DNA of 30,897 nt from Pseudomonadota bacterium (GTDB taxonomy: Bacteria > Desulfobacterota > Desulfobacteria > Desulfobacterales > RPRI01). Both the position numbers and the translations under genes were made by a program. Shown one piece after another: positions 1 to 9,487 of this stretch. The DNA is taken from assembly GCA_043825875.1 (NCBI GenBank), contig JBDRRF010000106.1, forward strand, positions 1 to 30,897, in the 5' to 3' direction. Numbering within the stretch: position 1 is the first letter of the stretch; each line of letters begins with the position of its first letter. The notes beneath the pieces are model-generated. The model saw only the letters and a list, made by a program, of their open reading frames with translations. It was not told where the DNA came from and searched no databases.

Positions 1-286
1 AGGCTCCCCTGAAGGTCAAATGAACTTTTTCGACTCTAAAGGGACCCATATCTATATCGGGATCAATATCAACATCAAACTTTAATGTATTTCTCTGCTG
101 TACTGCTTCTGTTTGGTCAAAAAAACCATACTGCGCACCATTTACATCCCGCAAAACAATATTAGATTCCAGATAACCATGGAAACTGGTAGCCATTTGT
201 GCTGCGGCAATTGGAGAGAAAAACCCCAACATTGCCAGTGCGACTAAAAAACATAAGCCTGTTTCACCCCATCTTCTCTTTTTCAT
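1..286 (-). CDS. 5' part (runs off the window) of a signal-peptide-bearing outer-membrane protein, probably DUF1302 family
   Basis: Not in the ORF track. ATG at 286 with AGGAGG SD upstream; reads MKKRRWGETGLCFLVALAMLGFFSPIAAAQMATSFHGYLESNIVLRD...QQRNTLKFDVD. Signal peptide, beta-strand pattern and position after RND + YCF48 genes fit DUF1302. Confidence 0.7.
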   Translation of the reverse strand, partial: MKKRRWGETGLCFLVALAMLGFFSPIAAAQMATSFHGYLESNIVLRDVNGAQYGFFDQTEAVQQRNTLKFDVDIDPDIDMGPFRVEKVHLTFRGA

Positions 287-373
287 AATTTTCCTCCTAA
301 AATTAAGTTTCTTAAAAAAGATATAGTATTCCGCCAGTTAAAACTTTTTTTCACCTCCTTTCTTTTTTAAATT

Positions 374-1620
374 CACTGATGTCCGGTTAGGTTTTTGCTT
401 ATAACCGAAAGTGTTTTTGTTTTTTTAAAAAATACGAATCTGTAGAGCTTCCGGAATCACAAAGCCCCGTATTCGTAATTGCCGTACTCTTTTGATGCTG
501 ACGCGCTCTCCGTGCGTTTGGTAGCAATAAATAGCAAGGAGCAGATAGGTAATAAGTCCTCTGAGAATCTGCACCATTAGTCTATACTGGCTTCTTGCAA
601 TGAGAGGGTAAACCCGCAGGTGACGTTTCTACCAGGCAAAAAAGCTTTCGATTTCCCATACGAGTTTATAAATCTCAGCTATTTGCTCACCAGTCAGGTC
701 TCTGCGGTCACTTGCAATCCAGTAGTCAGCAATATTAACGTGTTAGCCGACAAGACGCACAGGTTTTTGGTTTGATTATTATTTTGGACAGTTCCCAACA
801 AAACCTATGCATCATAAAAAAACAATGCTGTCGGTATTGATATCAACCTACTTATGAATCAGGGTTTTGGTCGTATCAGCCTTAATCCGAATCACAAAAC
901 TCTTGCCTTCGGCCTGGAGAGAATCGAATCCGGCATGTTCCTGATAGCCGCGATCACTTAAGCCTGTTTGGCCCTGAGAAAAATTCTGACTGAAGAAAGG
1001 TCTTTCAGCTCCATTACCGTTAGTAAAATAGATTTTTAAAGGAATTCTTTTGTTTATGTTAAAGCCGAGATGAATTTTGGCTTTTTTTGAGTTTTTCCGA
1101 CAATCCGCACAGGCCATTAAAAGCACGGCATCGATAAGCGAACCATAAATAACAATAAGTTCTCTCATGTCAGGATACCAAGTCGGGAGAGTATTAGATG
1201 CTTCGATACAAAGATTTTTATAGACAATTTGCAGTTGTTCCTGCCCCCTATTATTAATTGCCTCAAAAAAGCTGCTTTTTTCTATGCCATCTTTAGAAGC
1301 GATATTTTCTATAGCAAAGTCATCTTCTTTAAGAACTTAAACAAGATAACGGCCCGAAGTATGCTCTTTCTATGCGATAAAAGATTAATGCTTTTAATTC
1401 GTCTTCGAAAGACATTTTCAAAGGTATATAACCTTGTGATTTAAGCGCTGGTGTTTCAGTGAGAATATTTACAGACGGGTGATATAGTTTATAAAATTCC
1501 GGAAGTCGATATTTTTTTTCATACTGCTTGAATGGTTGGGGCATATCGCGTAACTCCTTGCAATAATAAACAATATCACAATTTATGACGAAATTCATTT
1601 CTTAAATGTCAAGCATAAAA
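374..1620 (-). pseudogene. Degenerate IS4-family insertion sequence (frameshifted, nonsense-interrupted DDE transposase)
   Basis: Fragments in several frames from ATG 1544: PLKMSFEDELKALIF; IYGSLID (first catalytic D apparently changed to Y); KKAKIHLGFNINKRIP; DRGY; YKLVWEIESFFAW*KRHL (IS4 Y-R-E signature damaged, in-frame TAG at 629-631). Probable terminal repeat CACTGATGTCCGGTTAG at 374-390; no partner repeat visible near 1620. Confidence 0.85.
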
Positions 1621-1643
1621 TTTGCTTTCCACTTTTCGATATT

Positions 1644-2651
1644 CTACTTTTTATTAGGAACAATATCTGGCATAAACCCCATTAACTTTAAATGATTATC
1701 TTCAATCATGATACATACGGATCGCATTCCCACCATAATAGCCTTAGTACCATCAAGCAATTCTACATCTGCAAACCAGAAAAGACTTGCATCCAGAGGT
1801 ACAGGCAAGACTTTCCAGGTTTTGCCGCTATCGTTTGTTGTAATAATCCAGCCTCTGTCACCAACAGCAATCCCATTATTATCCCTTAATTTAACACTAT
1901 ACAGTGATTGAGGTTTTCCCTGCTGGTTCGATGATGTGTCCATTTCAGCATTTTGCCACGTACTGCCCCCGTCCTCAGTTCTTAAAATAGTATTACTCAA
2001 GCCAACAGCCACACCCTGTTGTTGTGAGGAAAATGAAATATCAAATAGTGTATTGATTGTACCTGACGTTTGGTTCGTCCAGTTAATACCGCCATCAACC
2101 GTATGCAATATCGTACCATACTCACCTGCAATCCACCCGATGTCTTCCCCTTTAAAATCAATACTGTAAAGTATCAAATCTTCAGGCAGTGTTTTATCTT
2201 CCCAGATCTTTCCACCGTCTTGCGTGTAAAAAATAGCCCCCCAATCACCAATTGCCCAGCATTTTTGAGGAGTTAAGGCTTTTACAGCAAAAACATGTCT
2301 TTGTTTAGGTAAAGATTGTTTTTCCCAAGTCTTTCCACCATCTTCCGTTTTAAAGATAGTCCCGGATTTGCCGCCTACCCATCCGGTTTTGGAATTACAG
2401 AAAGATATGGATAAAAGGGGGGCATCCGTTGAAATTTCCTGCTTTTCCCAATTCATTCCACCATTTGCTGTGTGAAAGATAGTTCCTCTTAGTCCGGCGG
2501 CAAAACCTTCTTTTGCATCAACAAAACATTCAGAAAGTATGTGTGCGGCACCAACTCCGGCCTTTCTTTCGGCAAAAACACTATCCGGGAAAAGGTATAA
2601 CAACGCAGTTAGTAGTAATATTGGAATAATAAAATGCCTTCCGTTCTTCAT
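1644..2651 (-). CDS. YCF48-related periplasmic beta-propeller protein (BNR/Asp-box repeats)
   Basis: Signal peptide followed by six GxxGxIxxTxDGGxxW-type repeats. Confidence 0.9.
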   Translation of the reverse strand: MKNGRHFIIPILLLTALLYLFPDSVFAERKAGVGAAHILSECFVDAKEGFAAGLRGTIFHTANGGMNWEKQEISTDAPLLSISFCNSKTGWVGGKSGTIFKTEDGGKTWEKQSLPKQRHVFAVKALTPQKCWAIGDWGAIFYTQDGGKIWEDKTLPEDLILYSIDFKGEDIGWIAGEYGTILHTVDGGINWTNQTSGTINTLFDISFSSQQQGVAVGLSNTILRTEDGGSTWQNAEMDTSSNQQGKPQSLYSVKLRDNNGIAVGDRGWIITTNDSGKTWKVLPVPLDASLFWFADVELLDGTKAIMVGMRSVCIMIEDNHLKLMGFMPDIVPNKK

Positions 2652-2685
2652 GATATTTTCTTCTCCCTTTTTTCGCCTTGTAGAT

Positions 2686-5097
2686 TTAATCGACTTTATA
2701 TTTTTTTATGGTTCTCTCCGGGCCTATGACTGCAACCATGGCCGGTATAAAGATCAGAGCACCAAGCATGTTGAAAAACATGAGAAAGCATAGCAGCATT
2801 CCCATCTCGGACTGAAATTTCATATCCGAAAAAATCCATAGGACTATTCCTCCGATAAGAGAAGTTGCTGTAAAAATAACAGCTTTCCCGGTGGTATTAA
2901 TGGCCGTGAAAAGAGCGGCCTCATAGTTTCCCTGCCAGCGGTATTCCTCCGCAAGCCGGCTTAGGATGTAGAGACCATAATCGACTCCGACACCCACTCC
3001 GACAGCGGCTACGGGCAATGAACTGATATTAAGATCAATGTTCATTGCCAGCATAAACCAGTCGCATAAAACCTGTGAACAGGCTAAAGGCAGAATAAGA
3101 ATCAATGCGGCTGTAAATGACCTGTAAGTCAAACTGCAAAGAATAAAAGTCAGTAAAAAGATAGCAGCCATGCTTACCCAATATGAATACTCAACCTCTT
3201 CGTTCACTGCTGCAAGAATGCCTAAAATGCCACCGGCCAACCGGAAGTTGACCTGTTCCACCGGATGTTCAGTAATATACTTATTAAGAATGGAAATTGT
3301 ATTCTTTATGCTCTGGTTATTATAATCACGAAAGAAGATAATTACTGTGGCGTTGGTATAATCTCTTGATATGTATTTATCCATTTCTCCACCGGTTGAT
3401 GAACCACCCACAAGTCGGAAAACCTGTTCGATATGGTTAGGATCTTCCGGCAATAGCAGCCACTTCGGGTAACCGTCATGAAATACTTTAAAAACCATTT
3501 TAGTCATATCGGCAATTGTCAAAGCCCCACCGGCCGAGGGTACGTTTTCAACGGCATAAACTCCCATATCTTCAAGAGTTTTCATAGCTTTAGCACTTGC
3601 AATTGCTCCTTTTTGCTTGCCTTCGGCAACGACTACCATTTGGTTTGCGCCGATAAACTGAGTATTTACTTTATTGGCCGCAACATTGTACGAATGATCA
3701 TCATATAAAATAGCTTTTCCGGCGCTTGTATCTCCTACTTTAATGTGAATAGTTGCTATGATTCCTCCGACAACGGTGACCACCAGCATAAAAATTACAC
3801 TGGCCCATTTTTTCCAGGAAACGGAAAAAGAGGTACAAAACTTACAGGCTACAAGATATGCCGCTTCTCCGGATCGGCTTCCACCAGCTTGCCGGACACC
3901 AGCAGAGTTATTACCATTCTCAAGCACGGGCTGTTGAGATTTCTCATTTGTTTTCGGAGAGGGAAAGAAAGTAACCAGTATGGGATTAAGAAGGACAACA
4001 CTTATATAAATGCTTATAATCCAAAAACTTCCGATAATACCAAGCTTTTGCATAAGAGGTATGGTGCATACAACAATGGTGAGAACTCCTAAACCGTCAG
4101 TAACGATAGATACGATTGCCGGTTTATACAGATAGGAATAAGACTTAACTATAGCAGTTTCCTTATCGCCATAAAGCAAATAATCCTCATGATAGCGTTC
4201 CAGGCACTGTACGGAATGGCTTATAGCTCTTGCAGAAAGCAGCATGGGAATAACCAATATAAGCGGATCAATATTATATCCCATCACACCGGCAAAACCC
4301 AGCCCCCATATAGCGCTTAACAAACCGGATATAATGGGTATCACTACACCTATTATGGTTCTGAAATAATATATAAGCATTGTCATCAGAATCAAGCCTG
4401 TAAAAATGAAGATTAAATATAGCTTGGGTGTAAAGCTTGCTATCCAGGCATAAAGCATAGGATATCCTGTAATATAAAGCTTGTGGTTGGCATCTTCCGA
4501 TTCGCTTTTTATTCTTTGCATTTCATTGAAAAGATTCTTAAGATCAAGGCCTTCTTCCCAGAATCCGGCGTAAATCAATGTAGCCTTATCGTCCATTGTG
4601 ACATATACGCCACGGATTCCTTCATTACTATAAACCTTTTCTTTAATACTTCTCAGGTCTTCTGGAGTCTTGGGCAAAACTTTCATTATAGGCCCAATAG
4701 TTATGGCATTACTGCCCACACCAAAGTTTTTTAATCTTGGATGTGTTAAAGACATGACCTGTAATGGATCCACCCCTTTTACTGAAAGAATTTGTTTGGT
4801 TATATGGTCAATTTTTTTAAGTGTTTTTTCATTATAAATATCCCCGTCTTTTACCTCTAAAACCATGCTCATTACATTTGCAGTTCCGAACATGCTGCGG
4901 TATTCTTTATAAAGTTGAATATAAGGATGTTTTGGCGGGTAAAGCTCAAAAAAGTCTGTTGTTATTGTGACTCTAAAGGCAATCTGATAAATAAAAAAAG
5001 CTGTTATAAGCACAACACCAGCTAAAATCGGAAACTTGTATCTGAGTTGAAATTTAATAAGTTTTTTCCATATATTGTCTTGTTTATCTTCTACCAT
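2686..5097 (-). CDS. RND/MMPL-family inner-membrane transporter
   Basis: 803 aa, two halves of one TM + periplasmic domain + five TMs; GVGVDYGLY motif in the C-terminal half; directly upstream of the YCF48-like gene. Confidence 0.9.
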   Translation of the reverse strand: MVEDKQDNIWKKLIKFQLRYKFPILAGVVLITAFFIYQIAFRVTITTDFFELYPPKHPYIQLYKEYRSMFGTANVMSMVLEVKDGDIYNEKTLKKIDHITKQILSVKGVDPLQVMSLTHPRLKNFGVGSNAITIGPIMKVLPKTPEDLRSIKEKVYSNEGIRGVYVTMDDKATLIYAGFWEEGLDLKNLFNEMQRIKSESEDANHKLYITGYPMLYAWIASFTPKLYLIFIFTGLILMTMLIYYFRTIIGVVIPIISGLLSAIWGLGFAGVMGYNIDPLILVIPMLLSARAISHSVQCLERYHEDYLLYGDKETAIVKSYSYLYKPAIVSIVTDGLGVLTIVVCTIPLMQKLGIIGSFWIISIYISVVLLNPILVTFFPSPKTNEKSQQPVLENGNNSAGVRQAGGSRSGEAAYLVACKFCTSFSVSWKKWASVIFMLVVTVVGGIIATIHIKVGDTSAGKAILYDDHSYNVAANKVNTQFIGANQMVVVAEGKQKGAIASAKAMKTLEDMGVYAVENVPSAGGALTIADMTKMVFKVFHDGYPKWLLLPEDPNHIEQVFRLVGGSSTGGEMDKYISRDYTNATVIIFFRDYNNQSIKNTISILNKYITEHPVEQVNFRLAGGILGILAAVNEEVEYSYWVSMAAIFLLTFILCSLTYRSFTAALILILPLACSQVLCDWFMLAMNIDLNISSLPVAAVGVGVGVDYGLYILSRLAEEYRWQGNYEAALFTAINTTGKAVIFTATSLIGGIVLWIFSDMKFQSEMGMLLCFLMFFNMLGALIFIPAMVAVIGPERTIKKYKVD

Positions 5098-6197
5098 TTT
5101 TCAACCCCCCAAAGCTTTAGTATTATTGAAATCTTCATACTCAGAACCACCATAAAAATCACAAAAATTCCGATAGTGCCCCATGCAATCATCCCCAGAT
5201 AGTCAAGACAATACTTCACAAAAATTACAATACTACTCTTAATAATCGTGGTACAAAATAAGGTTATTCAAATATATGCTGAATTCTCAAAACCGTACAT
5301 CCGTACATTATATAGACTACGTTAATTCGCACCACATATTGTATAGATAATATTAATTTATCAAGTTTCAGCTATGAATGAATTTGTCAAAAGTCTGGAA
5401 ATTTTAAATCATTTTCTTTAAGTTTGTTACCAAAAAAAGCTGAAATTGGTTAATAGTGTCAACTGAACAGCACAGCAAAAGCAGCACAAACATCTAAACA
5501 TAGAACATTCGATATCTTGATATAGAGAAGTAAAAAAGGAACCGTATTTAATTAAGGTTACAACAAGCAGGTGTTATTTTATATTACCTTAATATAAATA
5601 CAAAATAACTAGCAAAATACACAATGTTCTTTAGATCCTGGCCAGCCTCAACAAAAGAGCCTATTAACCAATGCTTTTAAAAGAGCAGTTTTTTCGTAAG
5701 TACACATATTTAGAAGGCTACAGCTCATAGAAATAAATTAAGATGGCATAATCCGCTGCCATTTGAAACAAAACACTTCTAACGAATATTTTTTGTTATC
5801 GTAAATTCCGGGTATAAACATTTTTAAGAAGATGTTCTATATATATTTAAGATCCATAAGTATTATGGACTGCTTCTTTTAAGGTTTTTTTGTTTAATAT
5901 TAAGCAAGGTGATAATATAAAAATTTTCTGATAAAACAATAGACGTGATTCCATATCCTTATCTTGGAAGCTATGTCAAGTTTTTTCTTAGGAATTTTTT
6001 AAGGAGGATGCACCGAAATTATTGTTCTGTAACAGCCAGCAAAGATATACATCCTGAAGCTGCTTTTGTCGAATTTAAAACCTGCCTAACTCCCCCGTGC
6101 TGACAGTATATCTTCCCCTTTCCGGCAACTCAATTTTACGTATAATTATCATCTATAAAAAAAATATGCAACAAGTAATTAATGAGCTTTAATATTA

Positions 6198-6237
6198 AAG
6201 GAATCTGACTTTTCAGTAATAAAAGGTCAGATTCCTT
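6198..6237 (-). terminator. Stem-loop, probable intrinsic terminator of the thiolase operon
   Basis: AAGGAATCTGACTTTT...AAAAGGTCAGATTCCTT inverted repeat about 40 bp past the thiolase stop codon. Confidence 0.7.
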
Positions 6238-6278
6238 AATTTTTAAAAACAAGTTATAACGGCTTTATCAAAAGCTCA

Positions 6279-7454
6279 TCAATTGTTGCGACCAAAAATA
6301 GCCACAGCACAATTTGATCCGGGTACGCCCCCCAAATTATGGCTCAATGCTATTCTGGCATTTTTTACCTGACGCGGACCGGCCTTTTCCAGAAGCTGAT
6401 TATATAACTCATAAACCATTCTTATACCGCTTGCCCCAAGAGGATGCCCGAAGCATTTGAGACCGCCATCGGTATTTACAGGCAAAGCCCCATCTAATGC
6501 AAAACGGCCTTCCTCAACATCTTTTTTTCCTTCTCCCTTATGGCTTAACCCAAGGTCTTCATAAATAAATAGCTCATGAATAGTAAAACAATCATGTACT
6601 TCAGCAATATCTATCTCTTCATGGGGATTCTTTATGCCTGCTTCTTTATATGCGGCCGCAGCTGCTCTGAGATTTTCTTCCATGTGCAAGAAATCATAAT
6701 CAGTTGAAAGAAACGGTTGACCGCTGCCGCTGCTTACTCCAAACCCTTTTATTAATATATAATCTTTTTTGAGACTCTTTGCTATCTCAGGTGTTGTAAG
6801 GATAGCAGCAGATCCACCATCGCTTATTCCGCAGGCATCATATAGACTCAACGGATATGCTATCATGGGGGACTTTAATACTGTCTCAATGGTTATTTCG
6901 TTTCTAAGATGAGCATTTGGACTCATCGTTCCGTTGTGATGATTCTTAACCGCTATTCTGGCGAGCAGTGTTTTGCCTTCCTCCAGGCTTAACCCATGAT
7001 GATGAAAATATCTTGTGGCTAATTTGGCAAAGAACTGTGCTGGCGCTGTCCTTACATCTACCCTGCTGTAATCAGGAGGCATACGAGCCCAGTTAAAGCC
7101 TGAATTATGGTCCTTTAATTTCTCCATACCGCATGCTAAAACAATATCATATGCTCCTGATGCAACTCCGTAAGCAGCATTTCTTATGGCTTCGGTTCCG
7201 CTGCAACAAACATTTTCCACGCGGGTAACAGGCACATAGTCCAATTTCAAAGGACGGGTCAGTATAGTCCCGGAATTTCCCGTAGTCACTGTTCCGAGCC
7301 AACCGGCCTGTATTTCCTTTTTATCGATTCCGGCATCTTCAATCGCTTCCATACAGGATTCAAGCACCAGGTCGTCCGGGCTCTTGTCCCAAAGCTCTCC
7401 AAACTTGGTGCAGCCCATACCTATAATAGCGACTTTATCTTTGATTCCTTCCAT
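6279..7454 (-). CDS. Thiolase / acetyl-CoA acyltransferase, SCP2-thiolase type
   Basis: VENVCCSG (nucleophile Cys), AEVHDCF, GGLKCFGHPLGASG and HNLGG motifs. Confidence 0.92.
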   Translation of the reverse strand: MEGIKDKVAIIGMGCTKFGELWDKSPDDLVLESCMEAIEDAGIDKKEIQAGWLGTVTTGNSGTILTRPLKLDYVPVTRVENVCCSGTEAIRNAAYGVASGAYDIVLACGMEKLKDHNSGFNWARMPPDYSRVDVRTAPAQFFAKLATRYFHHHGLSLEEGKTLLARIAVKNHHNGTMSPNAHLRNEITIETVLKSPMIAYPLSLYDACGISDGGSAAILTTPEIAKSLKKDYILIKGFGVSSGSGQPFLSTDYDFLHMEENLRAAAAAYKEAGIKNPHEEIDIAEVHDCFTIHELFIYEDLGLSHKGEGKKDVEEGRFALDGALPVNTDGGLKCFGHPLGASGIRMVYELYNQLLEKAGPRQVKNARIALSHNLGGVPGSNCAVAIFGRNN

Positions 7455-7479
7455 ATTTATTCCTCCCTAATATATTTTG

Positions 7480-8889
7480 TTACAAAAACCGCACAGGCAT
7501 GGCTTTCCAATAATAGTGATAAATCCCCTCGTCAAAGAATATCTTCCGGAAGGTCATCTCAACTTCCATCCCCACCTTGACTTCTTTAACATCTTTATCC
7601 GTCATATAGACTTCAGCTCTACCGCCGCCTTCAAAATCGACAATTGGCAAAACGCACGGTTGATCAACCATACTCATAAAATCCATCGAATAAGTATATA
7701 CTGTGGCCTTTTTATCGGATAATTTTACTTCATCATATTGATCCACGGAACCACACTTTACGCAGACCCGCTCGGGAGGAAACTGAACAACCCCACATGG
7801 TTTACATTTGCTTCCGCAAAGCTTCATAATCCTGCTGCGTTCACGGTACAATGCAGGAACAGCCGTGTTTTCCTGATAATTTGAGTAATAAATCTTCTCA
7901 TGTTCAGGGTTGAGAAGCCCGCGCCATATAAGATAAGTGGTATATGCAGGAATCATCTTTTTGGATTCAAGATGTGCTTTTACACCATTCTTATTTCTTA
8001 TTTTATCAATCTGATCGGTTACCTTAAGTGCTATGGCATCAGCCCCGTCTCCATAACCGAGAACAAGTATTCTGTCTCCGGGTTTAGCTTCATCAAGCGC
8101 TGCTGCAAGTTGAATAAGAGCAAAAGATGTTCCTGTATTACCAAGCACATCAAGCATTGGATTCTGAAGCTGGGTAGCAGGGTCAAAGCCGAGTTTTTTT
8201 GCCAGCTTTGCCGAGCTTTTAGGATCCGGTGTATAAAATACTATTTTTGAAAAATCGGAAGGTTGAAGATTAGTTTTTTTCAGAAGACCCGCAACTGCCT
8301 GAGGGGCAATCTTATTATAACCCTCTGTTAGTCCGAAACGGGCTTCCCAGAATCGAACAAATTTATCATCCTGGGTACGCCATATATCAAGTATATCGCA
8401 TGAAACCGAATAGCTCGCCTCTATTTCGGCAGCCACATCAGTGTCACCTATTACAAACGCTGCCGCTCCATCACCAAATATGCGTTCATGTTGCTCCATA
8501 GGAAGCCCTATCCGCGTATCGGCTGCAGCAACCAAAGCTTTTTTCACACTTTTCGCAGCAACAGCGTCAAACGCTGATAAAAGTGCAGATGTTCCCCCTT
8601 TCAGGGAATTTGCAATATCGACAGTACTAATTCCTTGCGGAAGATCACAGGCAGCAGCTATAACGGTCGCGGCTTGTTTTTCCTTGTAAGGAAAGGTTGT
8701 TGAGGCAAAAAAGACTTTTTCAATTGAGGCTCTGTCGGAGCCTTTCAGACAATTTTCCCCGGCCGCTACTGCCATCGTTAAACTATCCTCGTCGAAACAG
8801 GCAATGGCTTTTTCAGTTCTCATGCCCATTGCCTTACCGCCCATTCTCCAAAGGGGAACGTAGCTCCCGTAAGACGTTATCCCTACCAT
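7480..8889 (-). CDS. HMG-CoA-synthase-like domain fused to a DUF35 (Zn-ribbon + OB-fold) domain
   Basis: Start moved to MVGITSYG at 8889 (AAGGAG SD). DEDSLTMAV, GDGAAAF, GNTG and GYGDGADA motifs; C-terminal CKPC...FPPERVCVKC Zn ribbon and VGMEVEMTFRK...YYWKA OB-fold. Confidence 0.88.
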   Translation of the reverse strand: MVGITSYGSYVPLWRMGGKAMGMRTEKAIACFDEDSLTMAVAAGENCLKGSDRASIEKVFFASTTFPYKEKQAATVIAAACDLPQGISTVDIANSLKGGTSALLSAFDAVAAKSVKKALVAAADTRIGLPMEQHERIFGDGAAAFVIGDTDVAAEIEASYSVSCDILDIWRTQDDKFVRFWEARFGLTEGYNKIAPQAVAGLLKKTNLQPSDFSKIVFYTPDPKSSAKLAKKLGFDPATQLQNPMLDVLGNTGTSFALIQLAAALDEAKPGDRILVLGYGDGADAIALKVTDQIDKIRNKNGVKAHLESKKMIPAYTTYLIWRGLLNPEHEKIYYSNYQENTAVPALYRERSRIMKLCGSKCKPCGVVQFPPERVCVKCGSVDQYDEVKLSDKKATVYTYSMDFMSMVDQPCVLPIVDFEGGGRAEVYMTDKDVKEVKVGMEVEMTFRKIFFDEGIYHYYWKAMPVRFL

Positions 8890-9223
8890 TTCTTTGCTCC
8901 TTATACTTAAATGTTTTGAAGCTCTCCGCATCAATAAAACGGATAACAGATTACCAATTATTACTCCAGATTAAATCTTTGACTGATAGGCGTATCCCAA
9001 ATCATCATATATGTCAAGCCAAAACATGGCATATAAAAAACCATGCAAGTCTCCATTAATACTATATAAAATTACTTAATATATGAACGGATAAATAGAA
9101 TAAATTTGATATTTATTGCAAAACATATTTTAAATTTAATGTCTTTCGCTTGTTTCATACCGGTTTATAATTTTATTTTTCATTAAACTGATATTGTGCT
9201 GATAATTGGGAAACCAAACTATC

Positions 9224-9252
9224 TTGACATAATAATTGAATAAATCTATGAA
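9224..9252 (+). promoter_or_regulatory. Putative sigma70 promoter for argS
   Basis: TTGACA-N17-TATGAA upstream of MITE copy 1 and argS. Confidence 0.45.
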
Positions 9253-9284
9253 TTAAACTATAGGTTAAAAATTATAACACCTTT

Positions 9285-9426
9285 GAGCCACTTTCAAAAC
9301 GTTTCAGTTTGGTCAAGCTCAAGGCGGGAGAAAATTTCAACCGCAGGAATACATGGGGTATTTCGAGGATTGGAATTTGAGCCCAACGCAGAGATCGGCC
9401 AAAATGGGACGTTTTGAAACTGGCTC
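9285..9426. mobile_element. MITE family A, copy 1 (142 bp)
   Basis: Terminal inverted repeats GAGCCACTTTCAAAACGT / ACGTTTTGAAACTGGCTC; 4-bp direct repeat CTTT at 9281-9284 and 9427-9430; near-identical to copies at 18029 and 18341. Confidence 0.92.
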
Positions 9427-9487
9427 CTTTGCTTTAGTTATCATCTGTAAGGACACTCTCTATTTTAAAGGACAAAATTAATTATAA

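Noticed and set aside
5743..5762. Possible sigma54 promoter (TGGCA...TGC), also near 9027
   Set aside because: GG-to-GC spacing is not the required 10 nt on either strand.
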